Shown here one piece after another: positions 18,884 to 29,375 of a DNA stretch of 36,068 nt. Position 1 is the first letter of the stretch. Each line of letters begins with the position of its first letter. The DNA comes from Rickettsiales bacterium (GTDB lineage: Bacteria; Pseudomonadota; Alphaproteobacteria; Rickettsiales; UBA998), in NCBI GenBank assembly GCA_019749855.1, contig JAIEPI010000139.1:1-36068 (forward strand), given 5' to 3'. Made by a program: the position numbers and the translations under genes. The notes under the pieces are model-generated. The model searched no databases. It had not been told where the DNA came from and saw only the letters and a program-made list of their open reading frames with translations.

Positions 18884-18912
18884 ATTATACCCAAATTACG
18901 GATAATACGCAA
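18884..18912 (-). promoter_or_regulatory. sigma70 promoter of the TA operon with overlapping short repeats
   Basis: Minus strand TTGCGT, 17 nt spacer, TATAAT; GCGTA/CCGTA/GGGTA at 9-nt period. Confidence 0.72.
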
Positions 18913-19079
18913 GATGTTCCATCCTCCGCCTCCCAGCAACCCTAGAGGAGCCGGATAGAACAAGAAGTATTATTAAGGAAAAACAATATACTTAAATGTC
19001 TCAAGCGAAGAAACGGCGCAAATTCCTAGAACCGCCCCACCCTGCAGCAGGCTTACATCTGATTTTTTGAGAGGGAGAG

Positions 19080-19156
<77 letters not shown>

Positions 19157-19230
19157 CAGTCGAAAGGAAGGGCATTTCTAGTGAGGAAAGGTGGGGATGT
19201 CAAACGAAAGACGCAAGCGGCCTCACAAGA

Positions 19231-19731
19231 TCAGCGGCAAAGGGCTTTGAGTCGTTGATGCGCGCGTGTGAAGCCTTTGAGCGAATAGGTATCCAGCGAG
19301 TAAGTGCCTCGCTGTGAGGTGCCTTTGGCCGTTAAGGTACTGCCGCGCACCATTGAAGCAATTAACTGGTTGTCTTGCTCGGTTTTAAAGGCCCAGGCAC
19401 GGCTTCCTTTCGTAAAAAAGCGTGACGATTTGCCATCCACGCTGACCGTAACCTCGCTGCCTTCTTTATACGGATAGCCGGAGGAGAGGCTCACCTCATC
19501 CACACTCGCACTGCGACCCGTCACCATCAGGAACGGCTCCTCACGTTTGCTGTAATTGCCGGTCTTTTCTTTCGGCACGCTCGCGGCATAACACAGGGTG
19601 CGCCCCTCGACTGCAGCAGAAAAAATGCGCCAGTCACCACTGGTTTCCAGTAATTGTTGGGCGAAGACTGCGTCGGCATAGCCAAAAATTAGTCCCATCA
19701 ACAAAACACATCTACGCATCGATTCCCCCAT
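19231..19731 (-). CDS. invasion-associated locus B (IalB) family exported protein
   Basis: Signal peptide; GDW..F....CYA.S.P, GYP...S.V.V.VDG, D..LI..M..G, DTYSL.GFT.A......C; start may be 19719. Confidence 0.85.
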   Translation of the reverse strand: MGESMRRCVLLMGLIFGYADAVFAQQLLETSGDWRIFSAAVEGRTLCYAASVPKEKTGNYSKREEPFLMVTGRSASVDEVSLSSGYPYKEGSEVTVSVDGKSSRFFTKGSRAWAFKTEQDNQLIASMVRGSTLTAKGTSQRGTYSLDTYSLKGFTRAHQRLKALCR

Positions 19732-19776
19732 CGTTAGGCCGTGAGGTTAGCTAAATGAGCGATGAAAAGAAAGCCT

Positions 19777-20415
19777 CTAAAATGCGAGCCGATAGCCGCC
19801 TTGTTCACTCAGTATTTGTATTTTTCCGCCCACCATCTCCAGCTTTTGCCGCAGACGATAAATATGCGTTTCCAGCGTGTGTGTTTCCAAATCAGTCACA
19901 TGCCCCCACACCTCACGAAGCAATGTCTCACGCGATAGGCCAGACGTGCCCGCTTCAATGAATGCCTCGAGCATTTCAGCTTCGCGTCCTGTCAGCTCCA
20001 CACGCATATTTTGTTGTTCATTGTTTAATAGACGCTCCCTTGCCTGATACATCACGTGCTCACCCAATGTTTTAATCGGGCGATGAACCGCCAGCATGGT
20101 GGCGCGGCATACCTCCAGCAAATCAACCTGACGAAAGGGACGCTCCAATACGCGATGAGGAACATGAGAGGGGATAGCACTCTGCGCTGAGCCCAGCCAA
20201 ATGACCGCCTGACAATGTGATAAAACACTCGCCATCTCATGGGACAATGCTTCTAAATCATACAGCGCGTCAGCCATCAGCATAAAGGGTGCGGTCACAT
20301 CCGTGATGTTGTTTATCAGGCGATAGCCTGACTCCGACAGCATCACCGTCATCACACGTGCAATTTCTTCATCCGCAATACGTAAAACAATAGGTATCGA
20401 GGCCGCAAATGGCAT
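19777..20415 (-). CDS. OmpR/PhoB-type winged-helix regulator with degenerate receiver domain
   Basis: LTGRE...L, SRETLLREVWG, THTLETHIYRLRQKLE, GGY.L; N-terminal part lacks clear REC acidic motifs and has RPF in place of KPF. Confidence 0.85.
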   Translation of the reverse strand: MPFAASIPIVLRIADEEIARVMTVMLSESGYRLINNITDVTAPFMLMADALYDLEALSHEMASVLSHCQAVIWLGSAQSAIPSHVPHRVLERPFRQVDLLEVCRATMLAVHRPIKTLGEHVMYQARERLLNNEQQNMRVELTGREAEMLEAFIEAGTSGLSRETLLREVWGHVTDLETHTLETHIYRLRQKLEMVGGKIQILSEQGGYRLAF

Positions 20416-20419
20416 GGCT

Positions 20420-21526
20420 TTACGGCTGTGTCAGCGTATCAGGGCGTCCCTGACCATGGCGAATCACCTGCAACAAATCACGCTCCAGCTGTGTGGAGAA
20501 GCGCGGCTTTCCAGAGCTATCTTGCGGGCTCACGGCGAGGTCTTCCTCGCGCCAGGCGCACAGGTCACGCTTCCATTGCGACAGCGTGCGCGACGGATCA
20601 ACCTGCTTCCATTTCGGATGACCCGACGCCTTCAGATAGGTGAGATGTGCGCGAATTGCATGACCGATCTTAGCCAATTCACTACAACGTCGCAGGTAAT
20701 AGGCATTCTGCCCTGATGAAAAATCGTAAGCCACAAGCACCGCATTGACCGCAATGGTTGGCACAGTTTCTCTAATGAATGGATAATCTTCGCTGGTCAG
20801 TTCCCCTGCTTCATATTCCTTCAATACACGCGGATCATTCAAGGGAAGAAAATGAATTTCTTCCAATAATTGAGCATTCTTTCCACCTCCCACCGTTTTA
20901 AGATCGGCCAGATTATCAAACAACGGAACGGGCTTGCCCCCGACAAAGATCATCGCATCGGCATCGTCAGCCAAAACAGCGACTACGCCCTCCGCCGGTG
21001 CTAATTGCAGCATCTTTGCTGGCTCTATCCCCAACAACGCAAAGAGATTAATGGCGGTGAGCGAATTGCCGCTACCTTCCTCACCGATGACCACGCGAGC
21101 ACCCTGCAATTGCTGCACAGAGGTGAATTTCTTGCGCGCCAGCACGTGCACTTCTTCTTTATAAAAAGGGAAAACCAAACGCAACTTATCGGCAATCTGG
21201 CGAGAATTCGCATTATTGGAGCGCCTGAGAAATCCAAGCACATCGGATTGTACGATCCCCAAGCCAGCATTTTCTCCTGTTTTGGTCATCAGTTTCAGGT
21301 TTTCAATGGAACCGCTGGTGCCGCGCACATCCACCGCCTGCCCCACACTGCGGCTCACTTCCGCAATGTCACGGCCAAAAGCAAAATAGGTTCCGGTTTC
21401 GGGTCCGGTGACAATGCCGATACTGGCGATTTCTCCGCGCGTGGCCGCCATGACGGGCGTGGCACCCATGACAATCAATATCGCCAAAAACATCCAACAT
21501 TCTTTTAAACGGGCCATGAGCCTCAT
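20420..21526 (-). CDS. TAXI family TRAP solute-binding protein
   Basis: TG..TGTY..FG, T.GS.ENL, GIVQSDVL, YKEEVH, GEEGSG, GHPKW. Confidence 0.9.
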   Translation of the reverse strand: MRLMARLKECWMFLAILIVMGATPVMAATRGEIASIGIVTGPETGTYFAFGRDIAEVSRSVGQAVDVRGTSGSIENLKLMTKTGENAGLGIVQSDVLGFLRRSNNANSRQIADKLRLVFPFYKEEVHVLARKKFTSVQQLQGARVVIGEEGSGNSLTAINLFALLGIEPAKMLQLAPAEGVVAVLADDADAMIFVGGKPVPLFDNLADLKTVGGGKNAQLLEEIHFLPLNDPRVLKEYEAGELTSEDYPFIRETVPTIAVNAVLVAYDFSSGQNAYYLRRCSELAKIGHAIRAHLTYLKASGHPKWKQVDPSRTLSQWKRDLCAWREEDLAVSPQDSSGKPRFSTQLERDLLQVIRHGQGRPDTLTQP

Positions 21527-21557
21527 TCCTTATTTCAAGTGAGCAGTTTAACGCTTT

Positions 21558-22067
21558 TTACGGGACAGCATGATCATCCACGCGAGGCGCGGGAAGATTC
21601 ACCACCCCCGGGTGGCGCGTGCGTTGCAATTGATCTAACAAAACTTTGCGATCATCATTCGATATATAGGTAGTGGTATCCCGCACAGAGGATTTTCCAT
21701 ACCCGCTGGCTGGGGCCAGCGCACTCAACTCAGGGGCGGAGGTATTGGAGGTGCGGGGCGCCAGCGCCGTGACAAAATCAGAGCGCTGCGGCGCAGGTTT
21801 GGCAAACATCAGCACCAGCGTCAAATTGACCAATACAAGCAGAGCAATCAGGGAAACGGCAAATTTCGCATCCCACCGAATCGTTGCCGCTGAGCGAGGT
21901 GACGCAGGCTCACGAGGCTCCATGCTTACTGATTCGGAGGCGACATCTGATAATCGCGTCATCTCCCCCGCAATAGCGCGCTCGCGTGGTGGCGGTACGT
22001 TAATTTTTGGTAACGCCGAGGAGGGGGATACTGTTTTTTCAGACATTGCGCGCTTTGTAGCAGTCAT
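21558..22067 (-). CDS. hypothetical single-pass membrane protein
   Basis: One hydrophobic segment (FAVSLIALLVLVNLTLVLMFA) flanked by Pro/Ser-rich regions; co-oriented with TAXI gene. Confidence 0.6.
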   Translation of the reverse strand: MTATKRAMSEKTVSPSSALPKINVPPPRERAIAGEMTRLSDVASESVSMEPREPASPRSAATIRWDAKFAVSLIALLVLVNLTLVLMFAKPAPQRSDFVTALAPRTSNTSAPELSALAPASGYGKSSVRDTTTYISNDDRKVLLDQLQRTRHPGVVNLPAPRVDDHAVP

Positions 22068-22341
22068 TTACTCTGGCCATGGGGTAAAAAACGTTTCCAA
22101 TACGGCCATGATGTGCACTTGCCAAGCGCATACATACCCTGTCCAGAATGTTTATTAGTTGATATGGTTAAGGGTGAAAAGAAAAAAGTTAACTGCGCAT
22201 CAAACATTTAACCTTTTTGTCATATAATCGCGAAACTGCGAATGAAAACCTTGAATAATAGCCAATAAATGCTATTTTTCTGTCAATTTATACGCAAATA
22301 CTCTGCATAAAAAATTAGCATAAATCATTCTTGAACAGACG

Positions 22342-23364
22342 ATGAGACCACAGAGCAGCATCCATCATTTATCGGAAATCGCCATGCAGCGCATGCAACA
22401 GCATGGCGTGCAGCCCACACCGCGTAACTATAATCTATGGTTTGATTATGCGCGTCAGGAAAATAAAGAATTGGTTGCGGAGCTCAATCAGCTCATTGCC
22501 CATTCCAATGAAGTGGATGATACCACCAGCGATTATCTCTGCCGTAAATATATAGAAACATCAACAGAATACTCTGATCCGCAGAACGCGCGTGCTTTAC
22601 TCGCCAACATTCTTAAGGTCATTGGTGAAGTTTCCAGTGAAACACAAAATTATCATAATGAAATTGACGGCCATATTGCTGAGCTGGAATCGCAGGGGGA
22701 CAGTAGCGGTGTTCAAGAAATGCTGCATGCGATTGTGTCCAGTGCGCGCGGTTTGAAAAAAAGCGGGGAACATCTGCATCAAAGTCTCGACGAGTCGCGT
22801 GCAGAAATCGAGGTTCTTCGTAAAAACCTGCAAGAAGTCACCAATGAAGCACAACGGGATTTCCTTACCGGCCTATTTAACCGCAAGGTATTTGATCGCA
22901 TGATGGACGATCTCACCCATTATGCGTTCACAGAAAAGAAACCGCTGAGTCTGTTGATGATCGATGTCGATCATTTCAAGCACTTTAATGATGAATATGG
23001 TCATCTTATCGGTGATGAAGTCCTTAAAATGGTGGCGCGTCTACTAAAAGACACCGTGAAGGGAACCGATATTGTGGCACGATTTGGTGGCGAGGAATTT
23101 GCTGTTATTCTTCCTCATACCCCCATTTCTGGTGCACAGGTAGTCGCAGAAAATATTCGCAACGGCATTGCCAGCAAGGAATTAAAACATAAGGAGTCAG
23201 GAACGAGCTTCGGCTCAGTGACTGTCTCTGTTGGTATAGCGGCCTATGGCATGAATGATTCCGTACCCACACTTATCAGACGCGCTGACGAAGCCATGTT
23301 TGCCGCCAAGCGCGAAGGGCGCAACCGCGTATGCTGCGCAGAAGCTGCCGCTGTTTCTTCGTAG
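22342..23364 (+). CDS. cytoplasmic diguanylate cyclase
   Basis: PTP.NY.LW..Y N-terminus, coiled coil, DFLTGLFNR, DVDHFK.FND.YGH..GD, RFGGEEF. Confidence 0.95.
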   Translation: MRPQSSIHHLSEIAMQRMQQHGVQPTPRNYNLWFDYARQENKELVAELNQLIAHSNEVDDTTSDYLCRKYIETSTEYSDPQNARALLANILKVIGEVSSETQNYHNEIDGHIAELESQGDSSGVQEMLHAIVSSARGLKKSGEHLHQSLDESRAEIEVLRKNLQEVTNEAQRDFLTGLFNRKVFDRMMDDLTHYAFTEKKPLSLLMIDVDHFKHFNDEYGHLIGDEVLKMVARLLKDTVKGTDIVARFGGEEFAVILPHTPISGAQVVAENIRNGIASKELKHKESGTSFGSVTVSVGIAAYGMNDSVPTLIRRADEAMFAAKREGRNRVCCAEAAAVSS

Positions 23365-23365
23365 C

Positions 23366-24193
23366 CTACGCACTGTCCCATTCAGGTGCCCAGGATGGGT
23401 TAATCAGACGACCGTCAGGGCTCGCCAAAGCGTCAACAACCTGCATTTCGTGTGGGCTTAATGTAAAGTCGAAAATTGCAATATTGCTCAACATATGCTG
23501 ATGTTGCGCTGCTTTGGGAATGGCCACCACCCCTTCTTGTTGCATCAGCCAGCGCAGAGCAATCTGTGCCACACTACGACTGTGATTATTGGCGATTGTT
23601 GAAATTTCTGGTGCCTGCAACAATTTGTTCCGCGCTAACGGGCTGAAAGCGGTCATGAACATTCCATGTGATCTGGTCCATTGCATAACCGCGTTTTGTG
23701 ATAAAAACGGGTGATATTCCACCTGATTACAGGCCAGCCGATCGGGTAACATCGCCTCGGCCTGCTTTAAAAGTGCAACAGGAAAGTTACTCACGCCGAT
23801 TAAACGGGTGAAGCCCTCACGGCAAAGACCCTCAAGCGCCTCAAGGCTCTCTTCTAGCGGCACTTCCGTGACCGGCCAGTGCAGGAGCAGGAGATCCACG
23901 TAGTCAGTCCCAAGCTTTTTGAGACTCTTGATCACGGAGCTGCGCATCGATTCTGCACCCATGTGATCGCGCCATATCTTGGTTACTAAGAATACTTCGT
24001 GCCGCGACACATGACTGCTCTGAATACCGGCCCCGACCTCCTCTTCATTATCGTAGGCCTGCGCAGTATCGATATGACGATAGCCCGCATCAAGCGCGCC
24101 TTTGACTCCGGCAATACACTCGGCTCCACCCAGTTTCCATGTGCCAAAGCCTAAACGAGGTATTTCAATCGATTGGCATGTTAAATACTGCAT
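23366..24193 (-). CDS. aldo/keto reductase (DkgB-like)
   Basis: LGFGTW, IDTAQAY, TK, LLHWP, IGVSNF, NQVEYHP, IPK. Confidence 0.95.
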   Translation of the reverse strand: MQYLTCQSIEIPRLGFGTWKLGGAECIAGVKGALDAGYRHIDTAQAYDNEEEVGAGIQSSHVSRHEVFLVTKIWRDHMGAESMRSSVIKSLKKLGTDYVDLLLLHWPVTEVPLEESLEALEGLCREGFTRLIGVSNFPVALLKQAEAMLPDRLACNQVEYHPFLSQNAVMQWTRSHGMFMTAFSPLARNKLLQAPEISTIANNHSRSVAQIALRWLMQQEGVVAIPKAAQHQHMLSNIAIFDFTLSPHEMQVVDALASPDGRLINPSWAPEWDSA

Positions 24194-24569
24194 CTGTTAT
24201 CCTATGTAATGTTTAAACACGCCATTTTATTCCATAATGATGGCTCAGATGGATACAAGCCTGTGCGTCAATACGCTATCCTCTTTAAAAAAATGCAAAA
24301 AGCCAAACACAGCTTTTTGTGCGATGCAAACAAGTCACAAAAACATCATCACCGACTAAATTCGCGCAAAGTTTGCAAAGAGAAAAACACAGTCCGGTCC
24401 CGTGTAAATAAAGCGGAAATCCCCATGTTTCATATGGCTTGTCATGCTACCGGAACTATTATCTTTACTAATTATCAGCAGGGTATTGCAATTTATAGTT
24501 GTGTTGACACATTATTATTGCAAGCGGTAACGATTGTACAAATACGTAGCTTTTCAACTTTGGGTAATT

Positions 24570-25622
24570 ATGCGCTCCGAAGCACAACCATTGGGCTTAC
24601 TGAATCATGACTACGGCAACCTTTTGGCAAGTGATGCTCCTGTTTCTACGGCGTACCTTACAGCGCCAGAGCCCGATAACCAGCATCAGCAGCTTTTCAT
24701 CGCAACGTTGAACTTAGTGCAACACTGCATTGAAAGTGCCTGCACTGACGTCACAGTTCAGACCGATATTATATCGGCCCGCTTCCGTGACATGGCGTCG
24801 CAAGCTCTTGTGCAGGCCAATAACGTGGATGCACTGACAGCGCGCGGCGAACTCGTCACGATTGATGATCAGCAAATGCCGCTGGATGAGGCGCTGAACA
24901 TGGTGAGCCAAACCTTGGATACCTCCATTGATAAAATTCTTTCCATTACCAAATTGGCGCTGACGATGGCGACACAGTTTGATCGCGCACAAGAACGACT
25001 AAAGGACATTACCGGACTGGTGGGGTCGATTCGTAAAATTACCAAGCAAACCAGACTTCTTGCTCTAAATGCGGCGATTGAGGCACAGGCAGCTGGAGAA
25101 GCTGGCCTTGGATTTGCGGTGGTTTCTGAAGAAGTGAAATCTCTGGCAACGGACATTCAGGATTTATCCTGCCATATGGAAAGCTGCATCGGCGAAGTTG
25201 CAGATAGCGTCTCAAAAAGCTACGCGTCTCTTAAAGCGTCTGCGGAAATTGATATGTCTGAAAACATTCTCCTGCGGGCAAAAGTCGGTGACATCATGGA
25301 CTCCGTATGTGAGCAGAATGCCGCTTTTCAGGCCATGCTACGTGGCACCTCCTCCCATTCCCGTGAGCTGGCAGAGACCATCTCGCAAACTGTCGTCAGC
25401 TTACAGTTTCAAGACCGTGTCTGTCAGTATCTGCGTAATGGCGCGAGCGCGTTAAGCGTCTATGCCCAAAGCGAAACACCACCCGATATTGAAAAAGTCA
25501 TTGCCTCACTCAGCCTGACAGATCTGCGTGACTATCTGCGACGCGCGATTGGCTTGGCATCCGAAGATAGCTCGTCGTTAGCCGCCAGTGACAAAGGGGA
25601 CTTCGATGTTGAACTTTTTTAG
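24570..25622 (+). CDS. soluble methyl-accepting chemotaxis-like protein
   Basis: [29 protein letters not shown] hairpin tip, LQFQDR..Q, C-terminal DVELF; no TM seen. Confidence 0.88.
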   Translation: MRSEAQPLGLLNHDYGNLLASDAPVSTAYLTAPEPDNQHQQLFIATLNLVQHCIESACTDVTVQTDIISARFRDMASQALVQANNVDALTARGELVTIDDQQMPLDEALNMVSQTLDTSIDKILSITKLALTMATQFDRAQERLKDITGLVGSIRKITKQTRLLALNAAIEAQAAGEAGLGFAVVSEEVKSLATDIQDLSCHMESCIGEVADSVSKSYASLKASAEIDMSENILLRAKVGDIMDSVCEQNAAFQAMLRGTSSHSRELAETISQTVVSLQFQDRVCQYLRNGASALSVYAQSETPPDIEKVIASLSLTDLRDYLRRAIGLASEDSSSLAASDKGDFDVELF

Positions 25623-25667
25623 AAAAAACTTGTCCCCAAACTTTAATTCTCAAACGGAGTGTGCCCC

Positions 25668-28325
25668 ATGCTTTCCCGCTTAACCATCCGTCTTCGCATC
25701 ATGGCTGGAATGGCCTTACTCATGGTCCTGATGACCATCTCAGGGGGGCAGATGCTGTTGGGCATAAGACATGTAAAAAATCAGTTTGAATCGATTACTA
25801 GTATTTCGTCACAGCTAGTGAATTTATCCGCGCTTGATAAAAAATTGGCAGAGATTAATCTTCTGGCAAATCAGTTTCGATATAGCACTGAAAAACAATT
25901 TTTTGATCAGCTATTATCAAAAATTGATGGTGCATATGAAGATCTGGATTCTTTTGAGAAAGTTTCACGCGAAAAAGAGGATAAAGAAAAAATTTCGGTG
26001 CTGAAAGCAGACCTGAAATCATATCGTGAAGATGCCATAAAAATGGCTGAGTTGCTTGAACTCCGCAATAAACTAGTCACTGAGACCATGGATGTGCTTG
26101 GGCCACAAATCAGCTCTGAGCTTGATGCATTCCAAAAAGAAACATCAGGCATCGCAGACATATCTGCGATTGCAGAGCAATTGCCTGAGGATTTTCTTGC
26201 CCTTCGCCTGCAAGCGATGAAATTTCTAGTCGATAACAAGGCTATCCACGCTGAGAGATTCCATTCTCTCAAAAAGAAAGTCACCGAAGATATTATGTCT
26301 GTGAATCGTAACAGTCTTCCCGCATCGGAACAAAAAAAACTAGAGCAGATTGCTGAAAAATCTTCCAATTATTTCGATGCTTTTGGGCGTGTTCAACAAA
26401 CAATCGACATGCGAAATGAGCTATTTAAGCAAAAAATGGCCGGCACAATCTCTCAATTGACCTCAGCATCCGATTTACTCACAGATGAGCACGTTACAGA
26501 ACAACGTAACATTATTACAGGTGAGTCGGCTCAGCTAGGTAGCCTGAGCGTTATGTCTATCGTAATTTTTGCTGTTGCATTGGCGCTTGGCACATTGGGT
26601 GCGGTGTTAATTACTCGCAGCATCACCCGGCCATTGGGAACCGTCGTCACCACGATCAATCACCTGTCGCAGGGAAAAGCCGATATTGACTTGGTTGAGG
26701 ACACACACAAAACGGAAATTGGAGAATTGCTGCGTGCCTGTGTCAAGCTACGTGAAACAGTCGGTAAAAATCTGACCTTACAAACAATGGTCGATAACCT
26801 CGCCATGCCAGTCATGATGGCTGATAGTCATTTTAACATTACCTACATGAATACTGCCAGTACACAGGCGCTTCAGAAGGTGGAGAAGTTCCTGCCCGTA
26901 CCCATCAACCGAATCGTTGGCTCCAGTATCGATATTTTCCATAAAAATCCAGCGCACCAACGTGGAATTCTGCATGATCGCGCACGCCTGCCATTCAGCA
27001 CGAAGTTCAAAATTGGACCCGAATGGCTGGCTTTAACCGCCAAGCAGCTCCCAAGCCATGATGGCTCTTTCAGCGGTGCTTTCATCGATTGGCGCTTAGT
27101 GACAGAGGATGTCCTTGCACGTGAAAGCGAGGCATTGGCACAAACAAGCATTAACGAACTTATCGCCAATGCACAGGCCGGTAATCTCGCGCAACGTATA
27201 GATGCCAGCCAGCTGGATGGTTTTTACAAGTCACTGGCAGACGGCATGAACAGTCTGATGGATACCGTGATTAAACCAGTGGGCTCTGCCATTGAAGTGG
27301 TGCGATATCTGGCCCATGGCGATCTGACGCATACGATGGAAGGTCAATACGCTGGCTCTTTTAGCGACATGCAGCAGGCACTGAATGATACCATTCATAA
27401 ACTTCGTGATATGGTGCGCCAGATTCGTGACATGTCAGAATCAGTGAGTTCTTCCGCCTCTGAAATTGCTGATGGCAGTCAGGATCTCTCAAGCCGCACA
27501 GAGAGTCAGGCCTCCTCATTAGAAGAGACAGCCGCCTCGATGGAGGAAATGACGGGAACCGTGAAGCAAAACGCGCAAAGTGCACGGGACGCGAGCAATT
27601 TCTCCAAGGAAACCAATACGGTCGCCACACGTGGCGGTGAGGTCGTCTCCACCGCCATCAGCGCGATGAATGCCATTGAACAATCGTCGCAAAAAATCTC
27701 CGATATTATCGGCGTGATTGATGAGATTGCTTTCCAAACCAACCTGCTGGCACTGAATGCCGCTGTTGAGGCGGCACGTGCCGGTGAAGCGGGCAAAGGA
27801 TTTGCGGTGGTGGCCAGTGAGGTACGGGCGCTCGCTGGGCGCTCCTCCTCTGCTTCTAAAGAGATCAAAATGCTGATTCAGGAGAGTGTCGCTCAGGTAA
27901 AAAGCGGCTCAGAGTTAGTGAATAATACTGGGGTGACGCTTCAGGAGATCATCAGTTCGGTGGCGCGTGTCTCGGATATTGTCAGCTCTATCGCGCACGC
28001 CTCTCAGGAGCAGTCCCTTGGCATTAATCAGATTAATACCACCGTCACCCAGATGGACGAGATGACGCAGCAAAATGCGGCACTGGTTGAGGAAACAGCC
28101 GCTGCCTCACAGTCACTGGCCCAAAAAGGTGAGGATCTCAAGAAACTGATTGGTTATTTCCGCCTCAATGAGAGCGATCAGGCCTCGTCAACATCAAAGC
28201 AAAGCACACATCAGGCGGAATCGAGTAAAAAACAATCTACGACGAAACGTCCGGTTAAAACGTCTAAGCCAAACGGAAAGCATGGCCCTGAGCAGCATGC
28301 TGAAGCCGGTTGGGAGGAGTTTTAA
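25668..28325 (+). CDS. membrane chemoreceptor: periplasmic helical sensor-HAMP-Aer2-like PAS-HAMP-MCP signal domain, GWEEF tail
   Basis: GGAG RBS; two TMs; [15 protein letters not shown] motif; [34 protein letters not shown]; ends GWEEF. Confidence 0.95.
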   Translation: MLSRLTIRLRIMAGMALLMVLMTISGGQMLLGIRHVKNQFESITSISSQLVNLSALDKKLAEINLLANQFRYSTEKQFFDQLLSKIDGAYEDLDSFEKVSREKEDKEKISVLKADLKSYREDAIKMAELLELRNKLVTETMDVLGPQISSELDAFQKETSGIADISAIAEQLPEDFLALRLQAMKFLVDNKAIHAERFHSLKKKVTEDIMSVNRNSLPASEQKKLEQIAEKSSNYFDAFGRVQQTIDMRNELFKQKMAGTISQLTSASDLLTDEHVTEQRNIITGESAQLGSLSVMSIVIFAVALALGTLGAVLITRSITRPLGTVVTTINHLSQGKADIDLVEDTHKTEIGELLRACVKLRETVGKNLTLQTMVDNLAMPVMMADSHFNITYMNTASTQALQKVEKFLPVPINRIVGSSIDIFHKNPAHQRGILHDRARLPFSTKFKIGPEWLALTAKQLPSHDGSFSGAFIDWRLVTEDVLARESEALAQTSINELIANAQAGNLAQRIDASQLDGFYKSLADGMNSLMDTVIKPVGSAIEVVRYLAHGDLTHTMEGQYAGSFSDMQQALNDTIHKLRDMVRQIRDMSESVSSSASEIADGSQDLSSRTESQASSLEETAASMEEMTGTVKQNAQSARDASNFSKETNTVATRGGEVVSTAISAMNAIEQSSQKISDIIGVIDEIAFQTNLLALNAAVEAARAGEAGKGFAVVASEVRALAGRSSSASKEIKMLIQESVAQVKSGSELVNNTGVTLQEIISSVARVSDIVSSIAHASQEQSLGINQINTTVTQMDEMTQQNAALVEETAAASQSLAQKGEDLKKLIGYFRLNESDQASSTSKQSTHQAESSKKQSTTKRPVKTSKPNGKHGPEQHAEAGWEEF

Positions 28326-28328
28326 GCC

Positions 28329-29354
28329 ATGACATATCGCGTTTTGCTGATTGATTATTCTCATTTTATGCGTGAAATGCTGTGCTGCCTGATTGAAAGC
28401 GATGGCGATATTGAAGTCGTCGGCATGGCGGGTGATTTTGAATCATCACTCAAGCTTAAGCGTCAGCTGCAGCCGGATGTGATTCTGCTCGATGCCGATT
28501 TGGCAGGTATGCATGGTCGCGCTTTTTTAGAACAGATCATTGAAAAGCAGAGCGCTCCGGTGATTATGATTTCATCCCTGACGCGACGCAATGTTGATAT
28601 CAGTCTGCGCGCTTTAGAAATGGGGGCGTTTGATGTGGTGACTAAGTCTGCCGCCACTTCAAGAGAAATGTCGCATCTGCGCCAGCAACTCATCCTACAG
28701 ATTAAATCCGCGAGTATGGTTTGCAAAACATTGCTACCCGTTAATCGTAGCCTTTTTTTACAGCAGGCAAAACTCCGCTCGCAATCCTTTCAGCGGCAGT
28801 TAATTGCGATCGGTGCCTCCAGCGGTGGCGTGGAGACACTCAGTTTTCTGATGAGTCAGCTACCCATCGGGCTGCCGCCGATTCTCATTACCCAGCATTT
28901 ACCTGAAGCCTTTTTGGCACCTATGGCGGAGCGACTTAATATGCATTCTGCCATCAACGTACGCCCTGCACAGGTTGGCGAAAATTTACAATCTGGCCAT
29001 GCTTACATTGCCAACACCACATCACAGCTTGGGCTGTCTGCCAATGGCAGCCTCTTTGTTTCAGCGAACCCCCACGTGACCACCCATATCGAACAACGCC
29101 CGTCGGTGGACATCATGTTTTACCAGGCGGCAAAAAAAATGGGGGAACGCTCGATGGGCATCATCCTGACCGGAACAGGCAAAGATGGATCAGAAGGCCT
29201 GCGCGCCATGCGGGATGCCGGCGCCTGTACTTTGGGTCAAACACCTGAGAGTAGCATCGCATCCGATATGCCGTCACAGGCCATTGAGCGTGGCGCGGTG
29301 CAACAGGAAGTGGCACTTAGCGCACTGCCGCAGGCAATTATGGAATTATGCTAA
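28329..29354 (+). CDS. cheB: chemotaxis methylesterase with N-terminal receiver domain
   Basis: GASSGG, TQHLP, RPSVD, ILTGTGKDG (Ser-His-Asp triad present). Confidence 0.92.
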   Translation: MTYRVLLIDYSHFMREMLCCLIESDGDIEVVGMAGDFESSLKLKRQLQPDVILLDADLAGMHGRAFLEQIIEKQSAPVIMISSLTRRNVDISLRALEMGAFDVVTKSAATSREMSHLRQQLILQIKSASMVCKTLLPVNRSLFLQQAKLRSQSFQRQLIAIGASSGGVETLSFLMSQLPIGLPPILITQHLPEAFLAPMAERLNMHSAINVRPAQVGENLQSGHAYIANTTSQLGLSANGSLFVSANPHVTTHIEQRPSVDIMFYQAAKKMGERSMGIILTGTGKDGSEGLRAMRDAGACTLGQTPESSIASDMPSQAIERGAVQQEVALSALPQAIMELC

Positions 29355-29375
29355 GTAGCGGCTCAGAGATATTTT

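Noticed and set aside
21673-22158. 161 aa plus-strand ORF
   Set aside because: Antisense to the ORF with a clear TM segment that fits the operon orientation
24209-24610. 133 aa plus-strand ORF in the chemotaxis upstream region
   Set aside because: AT-rich intergenic character, no RBS or motif, overlaps the MCP start; no correctly spaced sigma54 site found either
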